Shown here: piece after piece, positions 12,401-24,011 of the stretch | Layout: each line of letters opens with the position of its first letter | Position numbering within the stretch: position 1 is the first letter of the stretch | Assembly: GCA_008632985.1 (NCBI GenBank) | Contig: QPGO01000117.1 | Location: forward strand, 62,001-126,000 | Length of the DNA stretch: 64,000 nt | Direction: 5' to 3' | Origin: Psammoneis japonica | Taxonomy: Eukaryota | Translations under genes and position numbers: made by a program | Notes under the pieces: model-generated | The model's input: only the letters and a program-made list of their open reading frames with translations | The model's database searches: none | What the model was told of the DNA's origin: nothing

Positions 12401-14233
12401 GGCAGGATGCGAAATCGTTCCGTCGCTGCTCAGGCTACGTCGAGCAGTTCGATGTACAAGCCCCAGAATTAACAGTACGAGAGACGGTACTGTTTTCGGC
12501 TAGACTGCGTCTGGATTCAGACAACCCAGCCGTCGCATCCGATGCAGACAAGGTCCATTTTGTCGACCAAGTCCTTCGGACTCTCGAGCTTGAATCTCTT
12601 GCAGATTGTTTAGTTGGCGATAGTGACAGCGGGCTCAGTTTCGAGCAGCGAAAAAGACTCTCCATCGCAGTAGAGCTAGCAGCTTCGCCGTCCATTCTTT
12701 TCTTGGATGAGGTGAGTAGAGCTTGGAAACCTCGACTGTTATCTCTTCTTTCTCTGACAGTTCGTCTCTCGTGTCCGTAATACAGCCAACGTCAGGATTG
12801 GAAGCACGTGCAGCACTACTAGTCGTCGAAACTCTGAGACGAATCGCAGATGAGGGACGCACCATTATTTCGACGATTCACCAGCCATCTTACGCTGTCT
12901 TTCGGTTGTTTGTAAGTGGGGACGTACTCTCTAGATCGTTTCTTTGCACAACGTCTCATCTAACTCGGTTCCTCACGGTTCACCATCTCGTTCCTATCTC
13001 GTTCAGGACGATTTGTTGCTTTTGAAGAAAGGAGGGCATGTCGTCTTCTTTGGTGAGCTTGGACCGAATTGTTCTAACCTTGTAACGTATTTCGAAAGTA
13101 TTGGGGCACATGCCATCGACAGAGGTGAAAATCCAGCCTCCTGGATGCTTTCCGTCGTTGGAGCAGAGACAAAGGCTCGTTTGACCTTTATTGATTTTGC
13201 CCAAGAGTATCGAGCATCTCATCTCTACTCTCACTTGCAAAAGAAACTTCTCGAGCTCGACTACAAGAAGGAGCTCTCACAAAGAATTTACTACGAGAAT
13301 GAGTTTGCTGCCGACACCTTGACGAGACGTTTCCTGATCAACACTCGACTTCGCACTATCTACTGGAGATCCCCGGCATACAATAGACTGCGCATGGTTA
13401 TTTACGCCTTGATTGCATTGATTCTTGGCTCCATTTTCTTACCCATCACAGTGTCTACTCCCGTGTATTGGGCACCGACCTATTACTCCGAAACCCTCAT
13501 GACTAGCTTGCTCTCAACAACGTTCATATCATTCATCATCACGGGCGTACTTGCTATCAACTCGGTGCTCCCTGTGATGCTCAAGATTCGCGACAGCTTC
13601 TACAGACAACGGCAATCAGGATTGGTAGACGATGTTTCCTTTTCCATGGCACTTGGAGTGGCAGAAAAGTGGTTCATTGTCATTTCCTCCTTTTTATTTT
13701 GCGTCGTCTTTCTCCCATGCGCAGGGATTGGAGTTCAGCCTGGACGAGCGATTAGTTTCTGGGGTGTCTTTTGCTTCAACACGGCCATTTATTCGTATGC
13801 GGGACAAGCCTTCATGAGTTTGGTTCCCGGCATGCCGCAAGCGCAGATTCTTGCCAGCATTTTCATCGGATTGAACAACTTCTTTTCCGGTCTCATCGTT
13901 AGACCTCAGTTTCTGACGGGTTTCTTTGCTATTCCCTTTTGGATAACTCCTGGGCATTATGTCTACGAGGGTCTCGTGGTTTCGTTGTTTTACAATGTAA
14001 CGACACCCGTCATTGCGACTGAAGGCTCCCCATTCTACTATGAACTGGGATGTTCTGATGACAATCCAGTGCTGTGTGTTGGCACCGTGTGGGAGTACGT
14101 GGATTCCTTCTTTGGTGGGAGGTTCCAACGATCGCACCTTTACTACGACATTCTTGTACTTGGCTTTTACTTGACCACGGCCAGAGTGGTGACTTATGTC
14201 GCCCTCAAGCACTTTAACTTTACCGCAAGCTAA
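9484..14233 (+). CDS. Full-size ABCG (PDR-type) transporter, 5 exons
   Basis: Walker A GPPGSGKT and GSSGSGKT, signatures GVSGGQRRRV and LSFEQRKRL, DEPTSGL, two TMDs; GT-AG introns 11350-11467, 12269-12336, 12712-12785 and 12912-13006 keep the frame. Confidence 0.93.
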
Positions 14234-14492
14234 TACTACTAGGTAAAGCTAGACTACACATTGTAGAAATTCACAACCAGAGCAACGCTCACTATCCATA
14301 CTACAAGTAGTGAAACAACTACGACGCAGAATCACATAGAAACAAATTGCCTCGCCAAAAGAATCAGATGTATTCTTTCATTCTGCCGGTGACTATCATC
14401 TGACAAAGTGTGATCCGATTGATTTGGACGGAACAATGGGTTCGAAATCTTGAGCAGCATCCATTCACGTTCAATCCCCTACGGTAGCAAAT

Positions 14493-14583
14493 ATCAAAAA
14501 TCGGCTTTCGTCACGCACTCCAGTACTGTAGGGCTCTACTGTATGAGGTTCCTGATAGTGCGTGACGAAAGCCGATTTTCGAT
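14493..14583. repeat. Inverted repeat: perfect 23-bp arms, 37-nt spacer
   Basis: AAAATCGGCTTTCGTCACGCACT (14497-14519) vs AGTGCGTGACGAAAGCCGATTTT (14557-14579), between two convergent gene ends. Confidence 0.9.
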
Positions 14584-14592
14584 TCTTTTCTT

Positions 14593-16029
14593 TCATTCTT
14601 GAGATTTTGCGCTCGCAAAATAGAGTGCGTAAAATTTTTCAACGGTACGGTACTCATCGCCGACCTGCTTGCAATCTACTTCTATGGGTTCTAGCCTTCT
14701 CGGGTTTGCGGCATGGCGTACATTTTGAAGTGCTGCTAGTTTCTTACAATCATTTTTATGACCTGCCTCCCAGTGGTTTGCCTGAAAAAAAGATACATAA
14801 CGAGAGTCAGATCGTGGCCAGTTGTTTTCGTTTGTTCTTGGCGGATAACAAGAGCAACGTACCTGACATGCTTTGCTGCAGTAGCTGACGCTCTTGCATC
14901 TTCCACAACGCTTTGTACACTGACCGTGTTTCCCCTTTCTATGTGCTCGTAGACAAGGAGGGTTGGCACAAATGTAATCGACGTTGGATGGTTTCTCGTA
15001 CTTACTACCATCCAACAACCCCTTCTTGTGCATGGCCGCAACCATACCGGCCGCCTGGCGATAGCACAATTCAAAATCCTCCTCTTCTTCCCCGAAACAG
15101 TCCTTATAGAGCTCTAAGGCTTCGACTCCGCGTTGAAAGAGTTCCCGTGTCTCGAAACAGAAGCCGGGATGACGCCGTTCAATGCTGTCAAGGGCCTCTT
15201 CACCATATCCTTTCATTTGTGCGTTGCGTTGCAAAAGGAACATGCAAGCACGGTGTACGAGCCAATGCCCAGTAGGAGCAAGCTTCAAATAACAACGGAG
15301 GTAGTCGATGCCCTTTTGCATGAACGTCGTTGCTTGTAATTGTGCGAAACTGCCAGGTATCTTGGGTTTCTCTACGTTCACACAGTTGTAGTAGATGTTG
15401 GAGAGGGCATAGTAAGACCCAAAACTCGATTCTTCGTCTAGTTTGACTGCCTTTTCGAAGTGTTTTGTTGCGTCTTGAAAGAAACCATTTATCATCAGCC
15501 AGTTTCCAAACACAGCATGGGTGGAAGCATCGTCTGCTCGTGCCTCGATGCATGCTTCCATACGGTGCAAATAGACGACATTACGGCGATCCTTGCCTAG
15601 TGAAGGGTTGATTTTCTCCATCATGAAAACGACAAAGCTGTAGGTAATCATTGCATGATATTGTGCGTCGGTCCAAGGAAGCTTTGAGTAATTTTTCGGT
15701 ATTCGTTTCGCTGCCGCTTCAAAAAAGACGCGTTTTGTTATTAGCACACTATTGAAGAAGCGCGATGCCGGATTGCGATAATAACAACTGACAATCTCAC
15801 AGAGCTCATCAGCAACACTATCACTCATGTCTTTGACTGAAGTCCCACTGGCCTCCATGTCTTTTAGGATTTGACGTGCCCGGAAAAGGAGTTCTCCGGC
15901 TTCCTGAATCGACGCTAAAACTGGCGACTCTGCCAGGTGCCGATCGCCATCTACAATCAAACCGCACTTCCAGCCATCGGACTGTCCCTCCAATGGCTTG
16001 TACATAGCATCGATACGTTCCTCCTCCAT
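14593..16029 (-). CDS. TPR-like + MYND zinc finger protein; probable in-frame intron 14862-14782
   Basis: CANPPC...KRCGRCKSVSYCSKACQ|ANHWEAGHKNDC MYND motif restored by removing an 81-nt GTACGT...TTTCAG intron; TPR-like ATKHFEKAVKLD. Confidence 0.85.
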   Translation of the reverse strand: MEEERIDAMYKPLEGQSDGWKCGLIVDGDRHLAESPVLASIQEAGELLFRARQILKDMEASGTSVKDMSDSVADELCEIVSCYYRNPASRFFNSVLITKRVFFEAAAKRIPKNYSKLPWTDAQYHAMITYSFVVFMMEKINPSLGKDRRNVVYLHRMEACIEARADDASTHAVFGNWLMINGFFQDATKHFEKAVKLDEESSFGSYYALSNIYYNCVNVEKPKIPGSFAQLQATTFMQKGIDYLRCYLKLAPTGHWLVHRACMFLLQRNAQMKGYGEEALDSIERRHPGFCFETRELFQRGVEALELYKDCFGEEEEDFELCYRQAAGMVAAMHKKGLLDGSKYEKPSNVDYICANPPCLRAHRKGKHGQCTKRCGRCKSVSYCSKACQVRCSCYPPRTNENNWPRSDSRYVSFFQANHWEAGHKNDCKKLAALQNVRHAANPRRLEPIEVDCKQVGDEYRTVEKFYALYFASAKSQE

Positions 16030-16507
16030 GGCTTGTTGAGAATCAGTGCCGTATTGTATAGTGCAGAGCAAGTTGCGCCGCAGGGCAGTCTTCAGTCCTC
16101 ATCGTGTCCTCGCGCTCATACCATATATATGTATGAAATATTCAATATCATCGCTCATCGCACGTACGTACGTCGCACCATCACCGTTGAATCATTCGAC
16201 TACCATTTTCGCCACCACGACCTGACCACGACTCAACGGTTGCAAATCCGAATGATTTTATCAGACCACGAATGTTTTAAGTCCCAGAAATCCAACGCAA
16301 GCCGCGAACACCATGTTGGCTGGATGGACGACTCAACGATGACAAAAAAAAAGCCGGTGGTGCGACCACGATGTCCTCTTAGGTCTATCAATGCCTTGTG
16401 TATGTATCTGATGGCGCTGAAGATATTTTTTGTTTCGCGACCATTTCTGATCTGCTGACTGTCAGTGTCCATCTCCAAGTCAGATCCCTTTGCTTTGCTC
16501 ACGCATC

Positions 16508-17782
16508 ATGTTGCAGGCTGCCGCGAAAAGGAACCCAAAGCTGAAGCACAGTATCATAAGGGGATTCATAGCGATTCTAGTTATTGAAGCTCTCATGACT
16601 TTGTCGACAGAAATGGCAAAGTTACAAAGCGACGGGAATGATTTTGACAAAGCATTGCCGACTTATGAACGAAGCGTAAGTCGCACTCACGATCTCCAAC
16701 CAGAAACGCTTGTGCCCGCCGGAAATTTGACAGGACCGAGTCCTGTAAATTCGGCGACAATTCAATTTCGCCGACATACCAAATCCATTTTTTGTGCCCC
16801 TCTCAAACAAGCCTTCTCTAACGATTCTTCCATGCACAATGAAATGAGACGGGTTGTTTACGTTGAGAACAAATGTGAAGATAGAAGACTTGGAAACAAA
16901 ATTCCTCGACTTTACATGGCGTGGTTGTTAGCCAAGGCATCCAGAGCTTCATTCGAGTTTGAATGCAACAATGAGGGACATGCAGTCACGAACGATTCGT
17001 TTCTTTCTCTTTTGAAAGATCATGTTTCGTTTGACGAGGCGGAGAGATTGATTGAGATTGAAAGTTTGCCATCATTTGAAACAATGTGCAATGAGTGCGA
17101 CACGGCTTTTCCTCATGAATGCCTTTCTTCAGGTATAAATCTTGCGACCAACGTCATTCGGAGTCACTACAAACTCCTTGCCAAAAAGATTCAAGATGCT
17201 GCTCCATCAGATGTCGCAATTCATTATCGCTGTGGAGATGTCTTGACGACAGACAATGAATTGTACGGCCTATTGCCACATGAAGCTTACGCTCAACAAA
17301 TTATGAAGGGACTCAAAAATGATACTGACGCTGCTGTGTCTATTGCAATCGTCACCCAGCCATTCGAGCGGTCTCAATTACGGGACAGCGACGGTGAGAA
17401 CAATTCACGATGCCGGTTAATCGTTGAAGATCTCATAAAGTATCTCCAGAATCGATTTCACAACGCCGTAACTACAATTTACAACTGCCCGGATACAGAG
17501 ACAATACCACGGACCATTGCTCGTCTCGTCACGGCAAGGCTCGCAACCGTTTGTGGCGCGTCAACGTTTTGCAATCTTGCTACCATGTCATCCGAGGGGA
17601 ACGGATACATTCTCAACTCACCTTTACATCCTTGGATGAATGGTGTAGCGGACCACTATGATGATGTTTACGTATTCAACTCCCCAATGTTGGGATGGGC
17701 GTCTCTTGGACACGCAGTGGCAGACTTGTCCGATCAAGTCATTTTGGAATGGCTGAATGGTGTGCAACAACAGCTATTGTAA
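16508..17782 (+). CDS. Type II membrane protein, putative glycosyltransferase (fucosyltransferase-like)
   Basis: N-terminal TM helix, RLGN motif and DVAIHYRCGD resembling the VxIHxRxGD nucleotide-sugar motif, plus STF near the C-terminus. Confidence 0.6.
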   Translation: MLQAAAKRNPKLKHSIIRGFIAILVIEALMTLSTEMAKLQSDGNDFDKALPTYERSVSRTHDLQPETLVPAGNLTGPSPVNSATIQFRRHTKSIFCAPLKQAFSNDSSMHNEMRRVVYVENKCEDRRLGNKIPRLYMAWLLAKASRASFEFECNNEGHAVTNDSFLSLLKDHVSFDEAERLIEIESLPSFETMCNECDTAFPHECLSSGINLATNVIRSHYKLLAKKIQDAAPSDVAIHYRCGDVLTTDNELYGLLPHEAYAQQIMKGLKNDTDAAVSIAIVTQPFERSQLRDSDGENNSRCRLIVEDLIKYLQNRFHNAVTTIYNCPDTETIPRTIARLVTARLATVCGASTFCNLATMSSEGNGYILNSPLHPWMNGVADHYDDVYVFNSPMLGWASLGHAVADLSDQVILEWLNGVQQQLL

Positions 17783-17829
17783 TACAAGTACTAGAGAACG
17801 ATTTTCACAAATGACATTACTTGGCCAAT

Positions 17830-18100
17830 TCCTCAGAAGACGAGCCCTCTCTACTGTACTAGCTGTGGTACTTACTACCGTACTGCTCTCTCTACTAGAG
17901 CTAGAGTAGCTAAGTACCGGTAGAGCAGAGAGAGAGAGTAGAGGGCCTAATACAAGATCGATAGTAGTGCTCTCTACTCTCTAGCTAGAGATAGAGTAGA
18001 GACTCTCTACTCTATGTAGCTACTAGCTAGCTAGCTAGCTATCTACTAGAGTAGAGAGAGAGTAGAGTAGAAGTAGAGAGAGAGAGTGGAGAGAGTAGAG
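17830..18100. repeat. TA-rich low-complexity island (CTAG/AGCT/GTAG/AGAG words)
   Basis: For example ctactagagctagagtagc and gctactagctagctagctagctatctactagag; almost no TG/CA. Confidence 0.9.
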
Positions 18101-18195
18101 TGCAACGCAAGCAGACAGACGGCACGGAAAATAAAAAACTCTTATCTTGCGTCGCGTCAACAAGTGCCCATGATCCATGATGCCCTGTCGTTGTC

Positions 18196-19443
18196 ATGGT
18201 TCGTCGGCACCTTGTCTCCAACTCGTCTTCTCGACGTTTATCGTCCATTGTGAACCCCGACGTGCTCCATGATGTGACGTTTCACGTGACGGACGAGTTT
18301 TCAAGGAGCACGCAGACGCGGCGTCATTCCATTGCGACCGCTCTTCCCGGCATTCGTGGAATTCCCTCTCTGAAACAGAGAGCGGCATCCGAAAGACTAC
18401 ACATCTCCAAGGCGGATCGGAACGAGTTATTGGAAGGAGAAAGTGATGTACCCGAGAGAGATTTGATTCTGGAGGACGAGGAGCCTTCGCTGTCGTTGTC
18501 GGGTCGCGTCAGCATACCGGTGCTTGGCCTCTTTTTCGGGTATCTGCTTTCGAGTGTTGCACTCCAAAAGCTAAACAGTCTTCGCCCGGGATGTGGTCAG
18601 CTGGTAACCTTGCTTCAGTATCTTGCAACGATTGCAGAAAAGTCGCCACAGGCTCGAAAATATGTGTATTCACCCGTCCTTCCGTGGTACATGCACGCTG
18701 CCTTTGTATTGCTCATGTTTGTTTCCGTACAAATGGGAAATGCATCCTTAAAAAGGGGTTTGCCCTTTGGGCTCTTTCTTGTCATTAAGAATACCAACTT
18801 GGCATGGAGCTTGTTGCTCGGTCTCGGCGCTGGAAAATCATTTACTGCCGGCCAAATACTCAGCATTGCTATTGTTATGGCCGGAATCACTGTCTGCGTC
18901 TTTGCTCAGCAGGGCGGGGATGATGTGACAAGCAAGGAGGAACTCCAAGATGGAGGAGGAGGCCTGTTTGTTTCCAGTCTCTTGTGCACTGCCTCCACAT
19001 TTTGCATGGCGGCGTTGGGCTTTTTTCAACAGGTTGTCTTTGCACGCTACAATAACGGCCAAGAGGCAAACGAATCGCTCTTCTTTACTCACCTGCTTGG
19101 CCTACCCCTGTTTGCCAGCGAGCTTACTGCCATGCGAGACGACATTGCACACCTTGCCTTGACGCCACAAATGTCCATTTCCATGTTGGCGCTCAACATC
19201 ATATTCACTCTTGCCGTCAAACAGTCCTTTGTCCAATTGTTGGAGCGAGGCGAGTCCGTGACAGCATCCTTTACACTTGCCGTTGCCAGAATGACTGGTG
19301 TGATAATATCGCAACTGTTGGAATCAATCGGATCGTCCGGTGGATCACCTGCAACTCTCCACTTTTGGATGGGGGCCTTGTTGGTTGCAATCGGTTCGAT
19401 ATCCTACGCAACGGGAGGGAGGTTGTCCTGTAAAAGGTCTTGA
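18196..19443 (+). CDS. UAA-family nucleotide-sugar transporter (SLC35B4/YEA4-like)
   Basis: About 10 TM helices; RPGCGQLVTLLQY and ESLFFTHLLGLPLF resemble SLC35B4 motifs. Confidence 0.75.
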   Translation: MVRRHLVSNSSSRRLSSIVNPDVLHDVTFHVTDEFSRSTQTRRHSIATALPGIRGIPSLKQRAASERLHISKADRNELLEGESDVPERDLILEDEEPSLSLSGRVSIPVLGLFFGYLLSSVALQKLNSLRPGCGQLVTLLQYLATIAEKSPQARKYVYSPVLPWYMHAAFVLLMFVSVQMGNASLKRGLPFGLFLVIKNTNLAWSLLLGLGAGKSFTAGQILSIAIVMAGITVCVFAQQGGDDVTSKEELQDGGGGLFVSSLLCTASTFCMAALGFFQQVVFARYNNGQEANESLFFTHLLGLPLFASELTAMRDDIAHLALTPQMSISMLALNIIFTLAVKQSFVQLLERGESVTASFTLAVARMTGVIISQLLESIGSSGGSPATLHFWMGALLVAIGSISYATGGRLSCKRS

Positions 19444-19569
19444 CATTTTTGACGCGGTTGGATATCAGGAGTATTCCTACTCTCCACGAAGAGCTCTTTC
19501 GAAGGTGTTGCTTTTGTCCCTAATTCCGGCAATAGGTGGCTCGCCCATGACGTTCTTTGCACTGCCGCA

Positions 19570-20035
19570 TATCGGAACAGAAACCCGCTGCCATTGAAGT
19601 ACGCTTCCTCATGGCAGCTCAAGTGAAGCACTCCAAATCGGAATCGATTGTTTGTTTTCAGTCCTATGGCACAAAACACGGAAGCGACCCTGATCAACAA
19701 CATTGTTTACGCCCATTACAACTATGCTCATTACAACGCTACATCTTACTTCCGTGAACCAAGAACGACGAGAAGGATCCTTGAAAGCGTTGCGCTCTGT
19801 CGAGCCCTTCGTCCTGCCCCCCACCCCAACGAACGCAAGATGTTTTACGGGGCCTCGAAAATTCCCCATGATAGCAAGAGTGCTGACGGGAGTATAAGGA
19901 GAACGGCCCGCAAGTACATGAAGGCCTATGGACCTGGAGCCATGGTATATTCGTTTGGATGTGTAGTGATGTTCTGGCACGCCAGTTGCTCGACATTGGC
20001 GTCTGTTCTTTAGATGCGGAGCCTTTGGATCTTCG
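19570..20035 (+). pseudogene. Fragment resembling a TPD-domain (CDIN1/C15orf41-like) protein
   Basis: KMFYGASKIPHDSKSADGSIRRTARKYMKAYGPGAMVYSFGC resembles the TPD C-terminal FGPGxVxY motif; no clean start and a broken frame. Confidence 0.35.
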
Positions 20036-20185
20036 ACACACATGGAGCAACATAGAGAATGGAGCAACATAGAGAACGGAACGAAACAAGGGACAAAGAA
20101 TAGTAGTATCTACTCTACTAGTAATTGTATCAAACTAGAATGCACCTACTGCATCCAAAACCATCCCTCCCGATTCAAATTGCAA

Positions 20186-21915
20186 CTACATCATACCGGG
20201 AGCCCCAGCAGGAGGCTTTCCCGTTTGCTTTCCCGCTCTCATAACTTCATCTACCAGCAAGAGCTGGTTAGCAAGGACGGTTGCAAGATACAAGCACTGC
20301 CTCTTGACACGGACATTATCCCAGACTCCCTCGTCCGCGGGAAGCATGGGGTCGCCCGTCTTGCAGTCCAAACCCACGGGCAATCCCGAGGATTCACGCT
20401 CGTCTTGCAACTGCAAGATGCTCTCTTGTACATCAAATCCCGAATTCTCCGCAAGAGTCTTGGGAATAATCAAGAGTGCTTCGGCAAAGGCTTCTACACC
20501 GAGCTTTGCTCGTCCCTTTGTCGCCTTGACGATTTCTTGCCTGAGATGCATGGATGCGGCTACTTCAAAAGCCCCGGCTCCTGGAACGACAGCCCCGTCC
20601 TCAATGGCATTCTTGACCGCACGAAGCCCGTCACGAACGGCATCCTTGATCTGGTCAATCGTGTGCTTGTTGGGGCCCTGCAGAAGGAGAGTGCAGCTCT
20701 TGGGATGACGGCATTCCTCAACAAAGGTAAACTTATCGTCCCCCAGAGTAACTTCGCTGACCTTTCCAGCCCATCCGAGCTGTTCCTTATCCATGTCTTC
20801 GACCGAATGAATAGGAGAACCTCCGCACGCAAGAGTAAGACGTTCCATGTTGCGTCGCTTGGCACGACGCAAGCACAGAATACCTTCCTTGGCAAAAATG
20901 TCGAGCGACAGCGGATCAATTCCCTTTTGGTTAATCATGACAAAGCTCTGCGTATATGTGTGATATTATGGATTGGTATATCATGGGCATAATGAGCAAC
21001 GACACGACACTGAGAATTCCAACCAGTTCTGTCTGTACTCACCTCTCCTTCTTTGCAGACCGACCGCTTAAAGTCCACCACCAGACGACAACGTTCATCG
21101 AGCCACTTGCGTTCACTCTCCACTAGTTTCTCTCGTTCTTCTGCGTTACTGTAAAAGAATCCCGACTGCACTTCGGTCTTTTCATACTCAAACGTGACAT
21201 TGCACGTCATGACATGACAATTGTGAAGCGTCTTTGGCATGTCGGGGTGACGTCCTCCGTGATCCAACACGAGCCCATTGACGAATCGTGAGTCCGTTCC
21301 CATCTTTCTCTCCATAGTCATGACTTCGATACGATTCAAATCCAACGGAGCGTCCTCTTCCGTCTTGATACACTGAATGGAGTCCACCACAGCGTCTGTC
21401 ATTTGTTCTGCTAGCTTATGATCGAGTTTCGTGTGCAACGAGGTCGACGCCACCGAGTGCAGTAGGTCCCGGTCCGCGGCAATATCATCCTTGGTGACTT
21501 TGAACTCATCGAGAAACTTGAGCGTGGCTTCTCGTCCAGCCTCGAGACCGTCCACAAGCACTCGGGGATGCAGCCCCTCGGTAGCAAAGCGATCTGCCTG
21601 TCGCAGCAATTCTCCGCATAGCAAAACAGTCGAGGTTGTACCGTCGCCAGTGACATCATCTTGAGCGGTCGCTGCTCGGGCCACCATCATGGCGGTGGGA
21701 TGCTGGATTTGCATCTCGTGCAAGAGCACATTGCCGTCTTTGGTGAGCTTGATTTGTCCCGCGCCGCCCACGAGCATCTTGAGCGTGCCCCGTGGTCCGA
21801 GGTTGCTCTTGAGGACGTTCAGCAGTCCCACCGACGCCGCCACGTTGACTGCGCGGGCTTCTGCCTTTGACACGATTTCGGCGTTGGGGTTGAGTTCTTG
21901 AAGACGAGACGTCAT
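20186..21915 (-). CDS. CCT6: T-complex protein 1 subunit zeta, 2 exons (intron 21042-20948)
   Basis: [67 protein letters not shown]. Confidence 0.97.
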
Positions 21916-22709
21916 GGTTGCAAGTTGTTGGCAGCTCCGCTGTTGTACTTTAGAGTGTGTTGAGTGTGAGAAATGGCAATCTCGGCGGTGTGCGGTGTGC
22001 GGTGTGCGGTGTTCGCAAGATTCTGCTCTCACCACAAAAGAAATTCTGCTCTCACCACAACGTAGCAACGTACCGAGCTCCTTCGTAGAAAAAGTGCATT
22101 CTTTACCGAAACGGAATCTCACTATCAAGGTTTTTGTGCAAACGCCTCTCGACGAGGTCGCAAAGGTTTATTTACTCTGTGTATTGTGTATTGAGAAGAG
22201 CGCCTGAACGCAGCATTGTGCATTGTGGTTTTTGATCCCATGCCGTTGGCCGCATCGTTTATACTTTGCGGATGCGGCTTCATCCGTTGTCTTTCATGGC
22301 TCGGATCGTTTGTTTATTGTATTGAGAAGAGCGCCTGATTGTTGCATTGTTGTGGGGAGTGTTGTCATCGCATCAAAAAGGCGTTTTTGCGACACTGCTT
22401 TCGTCATTGTGGTCGTGCTTGGAACTGACGGCATTTTTTGTTTTTGTTGTTGCTTTGAACAGCTTGGTCAGAGGACACATTTACCATGAGTGAGTGACCA
22501 TGTCGAAAGCGAACACCATCAGCTGCAGCAGCATTGTCAGAGGACAATGACATCGACGTGAAGAAAGCAAGAGCAGAGCGCTCCGAGAAACAGGGCAACA
22601 GGAAGGAACTGCCACCTGAAGATGACAGTTCCTCTAGTTCCTCGAGTGGATCTGTCCAAGACATGCCTCACCATTGCTTCAAAGATTCCGAGGGTAGAAG
22701 AAGAAGCAA

Positions 22710-22915
22710 ATCAAATGCTGTCTAGCGTGTCGCATCGAGTGCAGCATCGCGTCGGATGCTGTGCATCCCGTCGGACCGTCCACAGCATTGTGTCGGATGC
22801 CAGCCACAGCACTGCATGCAATGCCATCTGCAGCATCATGTCGGGTGCTGGCTGTTGCATTGCATTGAATGCTGTCTGCATTGTCATGTTGAATGCTGTC
22901 TGTTGAATGCTGTCA
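22710..22915. repeat. Degenerate tandem repeat, about 24-bp unit (gaatgctgtctgcagcattg-like)
   Basis: Recurrent aatgctgtc / ggatgctg / gcagcat units. Confidence 0.55.
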
Positions 22916-23037
22916 ATCGCGTTGCACCAGAAGCCATCTGTCGAGTCTCGTCGAAAACTGAGTGACTCGGAGGGAGTGACTCACTTGCAACCAGTTTTAG
23001 ATTGGATGATTCCATGCCACTCAGTGCTTTAGTTTCT

Positions 23038-23202
23038 TTGTTCGATGCCATTCTAGATTCCACACCGGCACTGCTCTAGGTTGTTTGTTCAATGCCACCC
23101 TAGATCAGACACCACTCTGGGATCTTTGTTCAACACAACTCTAGATTCGACACTGCTCCAGGTTCGTTGTTCAATGCCACTCTAGATTCGACAATGCTCT
23201 GG
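23038..23202. repeat. Tandem repeat, 4 copies of an about 41-bp unit
   Basis: ttgttcaatgccactctagattcgacactgctc... starting at 23038, 23085, 23126 and 23167. Confidence 0.85.
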
Positions 23203-23318
23203 CACCAATGCAATCATGCAGTGGCATTGTTGACTCTAGAGCATCTGTTTTTTTCCACATTGCTGGTGTCCATCCCAATGAAGATCCACACACAATGGCG
23301 CAGTGCAAATGCCGTCCC

Positions 23319-24011
23319 TCATGGTGCGCCATTCCTCTTGCAATTTTCAAACTCCTGGACAGAAGCTTGCCATTCATCAAGCTTCTTCTTGTTCCTCTGT
23401 GCAACATTTCGATTTTTGTTTGGCTCATCCACAGAAAAATGTCCACATCGAACACATTGACAGCGCGCTTGGTCATCTGGCAGGTGTCCGCCGACAAGAA
23501 ACTTCCCATCGTGCTCTTCGGCCGTCAGGGGCACGACCACAGCCTGATCTTGATGCAAAGCAGTGTGATGAGCTGCATTTCTTGCTGACAATGCAATGTC
23601 CCTTGCTTGGCTGACAGCCTTTGTGATTGGGTCCGCCTGCCCGGCACGAGTGGCGCACTGCAGTTCTCCTTGCTTCCGCGCACGATCAAGCACATCATTC
23701 AAATCTGGCAATGCCGTTGCCATGGGCACTGCTCCAAAACTGGTCTCATTTAGCACAGCAACGGTGGAAGGAATGCATTTCCTGAACGCTTTGATGTCGT
23801 GGGTGTTCTCCACACCAATCCTGTTCTCAACTTCCGCCTTGTTTGTCATGAAGATCTCGATGACCTTCTTCTTCTCTGCCACCGCACCACAACTCGGTTC
23901 CCCCAGCTTGTCCAGCATTTTATCCCTCGTGGGACCATCCACATTGTCATGCTCGACAGTGTCACGTGGAGTTTCGGCATTTGATTCCCGTGCATGGACA
24001 CGGTTGTGCAC
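23319..24011 (-). pseudogene. Decayed ORF carried inside the MULE
   Basis: 230-aa protein-like ORF with a CxxCGH motif, no Tyr, no ATG start, TA-depleted. Confidence 0.45.

Noticed and set aside
20042..20992. 316-aa plus-strand ORF and other long antisense ORFs over real genes
   Set aside because: Shadow ORFs opposite CCT6 and other well-supported CDSs.
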